Part shown: positions 8,995 to 16,169 of the stretch, one piece after another
Position numbering within the stretch: the stretch's first letter is position 1
How the letters are laid out: the number at the start of each line of letters is the position of its first letter
NCBI GenBank assembly: GCA_947632285.1
Contig: CANROT010000003.1
Span: 1 to 39,448, forward strand
Origin: an uncultured Clostridia bacterium
GTDB taxonomy: Bacteria > Bacillota > Clostridia > Oscillospirales > CAG-272
Direction of reading: 5' to 3'
Length of the DNA stretch: 39,448 nt
Notes under the pieces: generated by a model
What the model was told of the DNA's origin: nothing
Seen by the model: the letters and a program-made list of their open reading frames with translations, nothing else
Databases searched by the model: none
Translations under genes and position numbers: made by a program

Positions 8995-10680
8995 TTAGCT
9001 CTCGCGCCTGACGAGGAAGAACGTCGGCATCGTGCGCGGCAGGGTAAACGATTTGTATCTGTTTGTCAGCCCTTTGAGCTGGTATTCGTCAAGCCCCGCA
9101 GGGTCCATGTTGTATTTCGTATAGTAGTCCTCGTAATACATCATCGCGGAGGAACCGCCGTCAAGCATACCGGCGACGACGGCGCCCTCGGAGACGAGCA
9201 GGTCAATGACATCGTTGCGGTTCGCGCCGAGGCTCGAGGGAGAGCGCCCGTCCGTGACAAGGAGGATAACGGTCCCGTCCGCGCGCTGCGCGATCGCGGT
9301 GCGCTGCGAAAGCCCCGTGTTTCCCTCGGAGTAGTTGAGCGTCACCTGCTGCCCGTCGTTGCTGATGAGGACGTTGCCGTTCTGGAAGCAGACGCCGTCG
9401 CGTATGCCGAGCTCCTCCGCCTTTGCTTTGGTCAGGGGTTCAACGGCGTGCAGGACGTTGTTTTTGTCAAAGCCGATGAAGGTGCGCCACGAGCCGTCGT
9501 CCCAGACGCAGCTGCCGTTCGAATATGTTATGCCGAGCGGCTGGGCGCCCGAGCCGCCGCCGCCCGTGTCGAGATATTCGCCGGCGTTTATTCCGGCAAT
9601 GGCGTCGAAGCGGGCCACGGTGTCGAATATATTTTTGCCGACGGTCGCCGTCTGATAGTTATCGGACGAAGTGCCGACAAAGACGCGGGAGGGGTCCTTG
9701 ATAAGGAGCAGATACGCCTTGAAGGTCGGCCTCGTATACGTTTTGAAGATCATGCCGTCGATGGCGTTTGCCCATTCGTCGACGACGGGGGGCGGGTCAG
9801 TAACGTCGGTGCCGGGAGTGTCCGTATCCTCCCCCGTGGAGGGCGTGTTCGCGCCCGGGATCGTCCCCATCGGGACGGTGACGGGCTGCTGCTGTTCGCT
9901 GCGCTTGCAGATCTCATCGACGACCTCGTCGTCAAGGAACAGGCCGGGCAGCCATTTCGTTGCGCTCGCCTGCATCGCGGAGAGCACGAGCTTGTCGCGG
10001 ACGGTCTCGCTCGGGCCGTTCACGAGCGTGCTGCACAGCGCGAATGCCGCGAACAGCACCACGAGGATCGTCGTCAGGAAGACGAGCAGCACCCTGCCGA
10101 CAACGATGGACGGGCTCAGGCGTTTTTTCTTATTCGTGCGGCGCACGGGTGCGTCCGCGGACGTCATGCGCTGTACCTGCGATGAGCCGACGGGCGGGCG
10201 GCGTTCGCCGTCACCCGAAGGGGTACGTGCGGGACGCTGCGCGGCGTCTGTCGGCTGCGGCCTTACGGGACGCTGCACGGCATTCGTCGGCTGCGGTCTT
10301 ATGGGTCGCTGCGCGGCGTCCACGGGCTGCGGTCTTACGGGACGCTGCACAGCATCTGTCGGCTGCGGTCTTGCGGGTCGCTGCGCGGCGTCTGTCGGCT
10401 GCGGTCTTACGGGTCGCTGCACGGCGTCTGTCGTCTGCGGTCTCGTAGGACGCTGCGCGGCGTCCACGGGCTGCGGTCTTACTGGTCGCTGTGCGGCGTC
10501 GACCGGCTGCGGCCTTGCGGGACGCTGTGCGGCGTCGGTCGGCTGCGGCTCCGGTGTTTGTTGAATGTCGACCCTTCTTTTTGCGGAGCGCTGAGGCGTC
10601 CGCCTCACGGCGTCGGGGCGCGGCGTGCGCCGGGGCGCCTCCTCTTCCGGGATACGGTTTTCAGAGTTGTTTTCGTCCAT
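8995..10680 (-). CDS. Phosphodiester glycosidase (NAGPA-like) with repetitive cytoplasmic N-terminus
   Basis: AGINAG, QRTAIAQRADGTVILLVTDGR and MLDGGSS motifs; single TM at about aa 190-215. Confidence 0.88.
   Translation of the reverse strand: MDENNSENRIPEEEAPRRTPRPDAVRRTPQRSAKRRVDIQQTPEPQPTDAAQRPARPQPVDAAQRPVRPQPVDAAQRPTRPQTTDAVQRPVRPQPTDAAQRPARPQPTDAVQRPVRPQPVDAAQRPIRPQPTNAVQRPVRPQPTDAAQRPARTPSGDGERRPPVGSSQVQRMTSADAPVRRTNKKKRLSPSIVVGRVLLVFLTTILVVLFAAFALCSTLVNGPSETVRDKLVLSAMQASATKWLPGLFLDDEVVDEICKRSEQQQPVTVPMGTIPGANTPSTGEDTDTPGTDVTDPPPVVDEWANAIDGMIFKTYTRPTFKAYLLLIKDPSRVFVGTSSDNYQTATVGKNIFDTVARFDAIAGINAGEYLDTGGGGSGAQPLGITYSNGSCVWDDGSWRTFIGFDKNNVLHAVEPLTKAKAEELGIRDGVCFQNGNVLISNDGQQVTLNYSEGNTGLSQRTAIAQRADGTVILLVTDGRSPSSLGANRNDVIDLLVSEGAVVAGMLDGGSSAMMYYEDYYTKYNMDPAGLDEYQLKGLTNRYKSFTLPRTMPTFFLVRRES
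10225..10548 (-). repeat. In-frame 36-bp tandem repeat, 9 copies (PQP[TV]DA[AV]QRP[AVTI]R)
   Basis: Nine contiguous 12-aa units (aa 45-152) with no spacers. Confidence 0.92.
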
Positions 10681-10686
10681 TTGAAC

Positions 10687-11787
10687 TTACCTCCTGTCTG
10701 AGGATCTTTCTGCGAATACCCACTTGCGCTGCGCCCTGAAGCTGACAAGGAACAGAAGCGCGTCCACGGGTATCTTGACCGCCGTGCGGCCGATGTGTGC
10801 TATCGCGCCGACGCCGAAGACGAACGCGAGCAGCTCCGATATGAGATAAACGCTCAGCCATGACGCGAGCATTATCGGAACGGCGACGCATATGTAACGC
10901 GCCAGCGTTTTCCCCATGTTCGCGCGGCTGCGGAACACGAGCTTTTTGTTGGTGAGGAAATTTACTGTCGAGGAAACGACGCGCGCGCACGCCGTTGTAT
11001 AAAGGACGTCGAGCTTGCCGCCGCCGTTGAAGACGAATTGCCCGAGCAGGAAAAACATTAAGAGGTCGACGACGGTCGAGAAAACGGAGCTCGCCATATA
11101 TTTGAGTATCAGCCCGTAGACGCGGATCGAATCCCTGAACGGACGGAAGTGCGAGGCGCTGTTGTCGTCGAAATAGAGCGTTTTGATCGGGCGCTCGTGA
11201 TACGGGATATTGTTCTGCCCCATATAGAGAAGCATATTCGTCTCATATTCATACCGTGACCCGTTCACCTCGAGCATATCCGCGAGCAGATCTGCCGGTA
11301 TCGCGCGCAGACCTGTCTGCGTGTCCGAGATCTTCATTCCGCAGAAGACGCGGAAGACGAGGGAGGTCGTGCGGTTCCCGAAGCGGCTCTTCTTCGGGAC
11401 GTAGTCGAGCGAAAAGTCGCGGCAGCCGAGGACGATGCTGTCCGTCTTTTCCATGTCCTCGGCGCAGGCGATGATGTCCTCGGTCGCGTGTTGACCGTCT
11501 CCGTCCGCGGTGACGACGCCGGAGCGGCCTTTTTTGTTTTCGAGAAAATACGAAAACGCGGTCTTCAGCGCGGCGCCCTTGCCGAGATTTTTTTCGTGGC
11601 GCAAAAGCGTTATCTCCGGGTGCGCACGTTCGAGCTCGTCGAAGACGGCGCGGTGCTCGGCGCTGCTCCCGTCGTCAATGAGGATTATGTCGTCTATCCC
11701 CGCCTCGAGCGCGGAGCAGACGGTAGAAGTCAGCTTCCCGTCCGGATCGAGCGACGGGATCACAAGCGTGAAGTTATACTTTCCCAT
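10687..11787 (-). CDS. Bifunctional GT2 polyprenol-phosphate glycosyltransferase / GtrA flippase
   Basis: IDDGS, NLGKGAALK, TADGDGQH, DTQTGLR and SHFRP motifs, followed by a 4-TM GtrA-like C-terminus. Confidence 0.92.
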   Translation of the reverse strand: MGKYNFTLVIPSLDPDGKLTSTVCSALEAGIDDIILIDDGSSAEHRAVFDELERAHPEITLLRHEKNLGKGAALKTAFSYFLENKKGRSGVVTADGDGQHATEDIIACAEDMEKTDSIVLGCRDFSLDYVPKKSRFGNRTTSLVFRVFCGMKISDTQTGLRAIPADLLADMLEVNGSRYEYETNMLLYMGQNNIPYHERPIKTLYFDDNSASHFRPFRDSIRVYGLILKYMASSVFSTVVDLLMFFLLGQFVFNGGGKLDVLYTTACARVVSSTVNFLTNKKLVFRSRANMGKTLARYICVAVPIMLASWLSVYLISELLAFVFGVGAIAHIGRTAVKIPVDALLFLVSFRAQRKWVFAERSSDRR

Positions 11788-11795
11788 GATATTTC

Positions 11796-13436
11796 CTATT
11801 TATCGCGGCTGTGCCGCGTTTTTGACGTGAACTGAGGCAGAGCGCGCAGAACGCAGAGAACTGCGGCGATCACAAGGAGGGCGACGATGCACAGCGTTGG
11901 CACGATCCCGCCGAAGGCGTTATCTGTACCCGGGCTAAAGGCCGTGTCTGCTGCTTCGGGTTCGCGCGCATCAGCTTCAGACCGGGGCTCGGACTCAAGG
12001 CGGCTCTCCTCGGCGCTCACGCTCTCGGAGGCGAGGACGCTTTCCTCAAGGCTGATGCGCTCGGACTCGAGGCGGCTCTCCTCGGCGCTCGCGCTCTCGG
12101 AGGCGAGGACGCTTTCCTCAAGGCTGATGCGCTCGGATTCGGCGCGGCTCTCTTCAACGCGCTGCCGCTCCGCCTCCGCCTCCGCCGCAATCTCCGCGTA
12201 TGACATCGGAATGTTCTCGAACATGTCGCCGCCCTTAATGTCGGCGCCGACCGTCGAGCGGAAGAGCCCGTAGCGGCAGGGGGAATATGTCGTTATCTCG
12301 GAGGCTTTCGTTATTCTGCTTTCCGTGCCGTATATCCAGCCGTAGAACTTTGTCCAGTGCTGGGATCTGTGGCACATAAAGCCGTCCTGCGAGACCCCGA
12401 ACGCCGTTTTCCCGCCGAATTTTTCAAGCGGGATATCCCAGTTCATGACGATCTCGTTTTCCTCCCAGAGGTGGATATATGTCTTCGGCGTGTCCCACAC
12501 GCCGTATTTTTCGGCGGATTCGGGATCGTAGCTCGCGTCCGCCGCGAGCGGCAGCGCCTCCCGCAGCGTCTCGCTGTTTATGATGTGCTGGCCGTGGCCG
12601 TATTCGCCGTTCACGTCATGCCCGACGACGACGTGCGGGCGGAAGCGGCGGAGCGCCTCGACCTGTTTTTTTACGATATAGTCGCGCGAGAATCCGTATG
12701 CTGCCTGCCGGCTGTATGCGTCCGCGGCGTTCTCCGAATAGGAGTCGATTAGCTCGCCCTCGACCGGGTAGCTGCGCACGCCGACCGTCCAAAGGCCGTT
12801 CAGCTGTTCGTGCGGTCTGTCGTGATACGTGTACGGCGAGGTAAAATAAACGACCTCGACCCGATATCCGAGCTCTCCGGCGTAGTAGGGGAGAAGTCCG
12901 GCAAAGAAAAGCTGCTCGTCGTCGACATGAGTCGAGAATAGCACGAGGTCCGCCTCCTCACACGGCGGCTCCCAGACCTGGACCCATGAGGGGAGCGTGC
13001 CCTCGCCGAGCGCGTATATCTCGGAGATCGCCGCCGCGCCGCCCGAAAACGTCAGCGTCAGGGACTTCGGAGAATAGCCAAAAGCCTCCGTGACGTCGAC
13101 ATATTCGTGAAGGAATCCGTCCTTCCCGCAGCCGACGTTGACGGTCCCGTCCGAGAGGGACCACTCGCCGAAGACGCGGTCAAATTCGATATAGAGGGAG
13201 GATATCCCGCTCCCGGCAGAGACGGTGACGGCCCCGCCGTCCGGCAAGGACGCAAACGTCGTCTCGTTTCGGTCTGCTGCGGGCGCGGTCTGCGCGCCGG
13301 GGCAGGTCACGGATATCTCAAGGTTTTCCGCCTCGGTGGGGGTCGCCTCCTCCGCCGAGAGGCTCCCGGACAAAACGGTTACGGCGGCAAGCAGCGAAAA
13401 CAGCATCGCCGGGAATATATCTTTGAAGCGCTTCAA
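11796..13436 (-). CDS. Secreted, C-terminally membrane-anchored PIG-L/LmbE-family de-N-acetylase
   Basis: Signal peptide, STHVDDEQ (HxDD), GEYGHGQH, Glu/Ser-rich stalk, C-terminal TM plus basic tail. Confidence 0.85.
   Translation of the reverse strand: MKRFKDIFPAMLFSLLAAVTVLSGSLSAEEATPTEAENLEISVTCPGAQTAPAADRNETTFASLPDGGAVTVSAGSGISSLYIEFDRVFGEWSLSDGTVNVGCGKDGFLHEYVDVTEAFGYSPKSLTLTFSGGAAAISEIYALGEGTLPSWVQVWEPPCEEADLVLFSTHVDDEQLFFAGLLPYYAGELGYRVEVVYFTSPYTYHDRPHEQLNGLWTVGVRSYPVEGELIDSYSENAADAYSRQAAYGFSRDYIVKKQVEALRRFRPHVVVGHDVNGEYGHGQHIINSETLREALPLAADASYDPESAEKYGVWDTPKTYIHLWEENEIVMNWDIPLEKFGGKTAFGVSQDGFMCHRSQHWTKFYGWIYGTESRITKASEITTYSPCRYGLFRSTVGADIKGGDMFENIPMSYAEIAAEAEAERQRVEESRAESERISLEESVLASESASAEESRLESERISLEESVLASESVSAEESRLESEPRSEADAREPEAADTAFSPGTDNAFGGIVPTLCIVALLVIAAVLCVLRALPQFTSKTRHSRDK
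11988..12140 (-). repeat. 72-bp in-frame tandem duplication in the stalk (ESERISLEESVLASES[AV]SAEESRL x2)
   Basis: Near-identical repeat visible in both DNA and protein. Confidence 0.88.
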
Positions 13437-13472
13437 TGCGAGCCCTCCGATACTTCGACCGTAATCATATTT

Positions 13473-13501
13473 ATTTTACCATAAATCCTTTCGTTGTGCA
13501 A
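13473..13501 (-). promoter_or_regulatory. sigmaA promoter of the envelope operon
   Basis: TTGCAC-17bp-TAAAAT with a TG extension. Confidence 0.6.
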
Positions 13502-13671
13502 GTATTAAAACAGGGAAAGCTAAAAAATTAAGGCATAAAATGTCGACGGTGCGTGGGAACCGGTTACAGCGACACCATATATTATTACATTATTGCGGCG
13601 ATATTATATATCGGTAAAATAAACGGCGGCGAAATTTATGCCGCTGATGCGGGAAATTTTTTCGGGAGGGC

Positions 13672-13700
13672 TTGACATTTCGCCGGCTTTATAATAAAAT
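13672..13700 (+). promoter_or_regulatory. sigmaA promoter of the surface-protein locus
   Basis: TTGACA-17bp-TAAAAT, about 345 bp upstream of the main ATG. Confidence 0.7.
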
Positions 13701-13846
13701 GAAAATGTATAGTTGGGCTTTTCGCCGAATCTTCCTCGACAACGAGCAGTCGCGCGGAGAGGAGGCGGAGGTTCGGCTGTTCAACCAGGTCGTCGGGGCG
13801 CGGCTTCAAATGCCCCGGCGGAATTCCAGTAATCGGGAGGTTTTAT

Positions 13847-13930
13847 ATGAATAAGGTCAAATTATGCTTCCGAAATACGGGGGGGGGGGTATATCCTTTC
13901 AGGTTTGCTGCGCCAAACGGAAGGAACTGA
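13847..13930 (+). CDS. Putative leader peptide (27 aa, MNKVKLCFRNTGGGVYPFRFAAPNGRN) containing a G11 tract
   Basis: GGGAGG RBS at 13835-13840, ATG at 13847, G11 at 13879-13889, TGA at 13928-13930. Confidence 0.55.
   Translation: MNKVKLCFRNTGGGVYPFRFAAPNGRN
13879..13889 (+). repeat. Poly-G homopolymer (G11), candidate slipped-strand switch
   Basis: Longest homopolymer seen in the window. Confidence 0.85.
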
Positions 13931-13959
13931 TCCTCTCGCTGGAAACCGGTTCTTTTTTT
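13923..13959 (+). terminator. Putative attenuator-type terminator in the leader
   Basis: GGAACTG/CGGTTCT stem with inner TCC/GGA pairing, running into a T7 tract; the stem is imperfect. Confidence 0.45.
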
Positions 13960-14044
13960 GACACATACTCCACGGATTCTGCGGGGTTGCCGGGGGTATG
14001 AGATCCCCAAATCCCGACAGAAATCTGTTAAAGGAGAAACAAAG

Positions 14045-15949
14045 ATGGAAAAAACAAGGAAATTCAGGATTTCCAAAACACGGCGCGCGATGCTGATGAG
14101 CGTGCTTTCCATGCTGTTGTGCTGTTCCATGCTCGTAGGAACGACCTTTGCATGGTTTACCGACAGCGTAACGTCCGGCAAAAACAAGATCGTCGCCGGC
14201 AACCTCGACGTGGAGCTGTATCACACGAGCGCATCTGTCGAGGACGAGACGAAGATCGAAGGCAAAACGGATCTGTTCCTTGACGCCGACGGCAAACCGA
14301 TCCTCTGGGAGCCGGGCGTTATCGCTTACGAAAACTTCACCGTGAAGAACGTCGGCAGCCTGGCGCTCAAGTATAAGCTGGCGCTCGATGTTGCCGGGAA
14401 GAACACAGTTACGGTAGACGGCAAGACTCATTCGCTTGACGAGGTCATTCAGGTGGCGTTCATCGAAGGGAAGTTTGAAGGCGACCGCGAGGCTGCTCAA
14501 AAGCTTGATTACAAGCCGCTCGCAGACACGGCGAAGACCGGCGTGCTCCTTCCGAAGGACGAAACCACACCCGATAAGGACACCACATCATTTGCAGTCG
14601 TGCTTTACTGGAAGCCCACCGAAAACGACAACCTCTACAATGTCAACAACGGCAAAAAAACCGACGAGCCGGAGCCGTCCGACCGTCTCTGGATCGAGCT
14701 CGGCGTTGACCTGACAGCTACGCAGTATACATACGAGAACGACAGCTTCAACGACCAGTATGACAAGAACGCCGACGACAACCACGGCAATGTCATCGAG
14801 CTGACCTCCGTCGAAAAAGAAGTCAGCTCCACAGAGCTGACGAGCAGCCCGCTGACCTTCGTATTTGACAACACCGCGCCGCTGCCCGAAGGCGAGCACG
14901 AAAGCACGACGGTCGAATTAGAAGCAGGCGCTCTCGCCGCAGGATCTACGAGCGAAAAGCACACCGTCGATCTGACCATCGAGACCGAGTTTGAAAGTTA
15001 TACGGCTATGCCGGACGGCTTTTCCGGCGTTGCAAAAATCGCCCTTTCTCTCCTTGTTGACGGAGAAGAAGTCCACAATTTTGAAAGCGGAAAGAAAGCG
15101 ACGATCACTACCAAAATACCGGCAGGACTGGAAAATGTTGAAGTCAAATATAACGGCGAAGACGGCGAAGATCCCGACAAAACTGATGTAAAATATGATT
15201 CGGACACCGGTGTGCTCACCTTCAAAACCACGCATTTCAGCGAGTTTGAGGTGATTTGCAAATTCCCTGAGCCGACGTTTGCGCAGTTGAAGAGTGGAAA
15301 AGAACTTTTTAAGACCGGCACCGGAATTTTTAACCAATTGCTTAATTACAAGGAGGTAGACCTGAACATATCTTGGCGCGATGCTAATTATTCGGTAAAG
15401 AAAGTTGTCTTCTGCGATTTTGAGGACTTAGCTTCAAAATATGATTTTACACCCACTTGGAATAGTGGTAAAATTATAAGCGAAAATGTAGAAAACGGGA
15501 AGGAAGCAAGAGTTTTCGTCACTTCAAAGAAGGACGCGATGTATATTTGTGTAGAATCTTCGACCGACATCATCTATCTGAATGAGAATTGTAATGGAAT
15601 GTTCAGCAACTTAGGAGGCGTGACGGAAGTTGATTTCGGCGAAAAGGTTTCCTTTGAAAAAGTTAAGGATTTATACAATTTCTTCAACGCTTGTTCCTCT
15701 TTGACAACGGTTAAATTCGGCGACGTTGACGTTTCAAATGCAACCGATTTCGGGTGCATGTTTGGAGAATGCGAAAGCTTGACGGAGCTTGACCTTTCCG
15801 GCTGGAATACACCGGTAAATGCAAACATTACGAAAATGTTTACTTTGTGCTCTAAGCTCAAAACTGTCTATATCGGCGAAGGCTGGAAACTTTCCAAAAA
15901 CGCTTCTGATTTCGGCAGCCAATTCAATGCAACTTTCCAAACAAAATAA
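14045..15949 (+). CDS. SipW-dependent-type signal peptide (TasA/CalY-like) surface protein with C-terminal BspA/DUF285-type LRR domain
   Basis: N-terminus LLCCSMLVGTTFAWFTDSVTSGKNKIVAGNLDV; ATQYTYENDSF..YD; C-terminal MFxxCxSLxxLDLSxW repeats; AAGGAG RBS before ATG 14045. Confidence 0.85.
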   Translation: MEKTRKFRISKTRRAMLMSVLSMLLCCSMLVGTTFAWFTDSVTSGKNKIVAGNLDVELYHTSASVEDETKIEGKTDLFLDADGKPILWEPGVIAYENFTVKNVGSLALKYKLALDVAGKNTVTVDGKTHSLDEVIQVAFIEGKFEGDREAAQKLDYKPLADTAKTGVLLPKDETTPDKDTTSFAVVLYWKPTENDNLYNVNNGKKTDEPEPSDRLWIELGVDLTATQYTYENDSFNDQYDKNADDNHGNVIELTSVEKEVSSTELTSSPLTFVFDNTAPLPEGEHESTTVELEAGALAAGSTSEKHTVDLTIETEFESYTAMPDGFSGVAKIALSLLVDGEEVHNFESGKKATITTKIPAGLENVEVKYNGEDGEDPDKTDVKYDSDTGVLTFKTTHFSEFEVICKFPEPTFAQLKSGKELFKTGTGIFNQLLNYKEVDLNISWRDANYSVKKVVFCDFEDLASKYDFTPTWNSGKIISENVENGKEARVFVTSKKDAMYICVESSTDIIYLNENCNGMFSNLGGVTEVDFGEKVSFEKVKDLYNFFNACSSLTTVKFGDVDVSNATDFGCMFGECESLTELDLSGWNTPVNANITKMFTLCSKLKTVYIGEGWKLSKNASDFGSQFNATFQTK

Positions 15950-16024
15950 CTCCGGTTTGTATGTGAACTGCATTAAGTCGTGACCTCGGAAAAAACATAA
16001 AGAGGCTCGCGTAATACGCGGCGT

Positions 16025-16063
16025 GACCGCCCTTCCCGGTTGGGAAGGGCGGTCCGTTTGTTT
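16025..16063 (+). terminator. Intrinsic terminator
   Basis: 13-bp stem GACCGCCCTTCCC/GGGAAGGGCGGTC followed by a T-rich tail. Confidence 0.75.
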
Positions 16064-16096
16064 GACGGCGGGTGCTCTTTTGCGCAAAGAAGTGTA

Positions 16097-16125
16097 TTGT
16101 AATCCCGCGGAAAATATTATATAAT
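16097..16125 (+). promoter_or_regulatory. Putative sigmaA promoter of dusB
   Basis: TTGTAA-17bp-TATAAT. Confidence 0.55.
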
Positions 16126-16169
16126 AATAATGACAATAATATTTGCGGTATTTTTTGGGAGGGCGCTTT

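Noticed and set aside
10225-10548. 36-bp repeats as a CRISPR array
   Set aside because: Units are contiguous without spacers, in frame within a CDS and vary mainly at codon-tolerated positions; no cas genes are present.
13700-14040. Known riboswitch (c-di-GMP, T-box) in the long leader
   Set aside because: Could not find their consensus motifs by eye; an Rfam search is needed.
13958-14044. ORF-track TTG start at 13958
   Set aside because: No RBS; the region is structured leader. ATG 14045 has AAGGAG and begins the signal peptide.
13847-14045. Selenocysteine or stop read-through at TGA 13928 (the uORF is in frame with the main ORF)
   Set aside because: The main gene has its own SD and an N-terminal signal peptide at 14045, so an extension would be pointless; no recognisable SECIS or Sec context.
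14045-15949. DGR target or invertase shufflon explaining the variable tip
   Set aside because: No reverse transcriptase, template repeat, recombinase or silent cassettes seen in the window.
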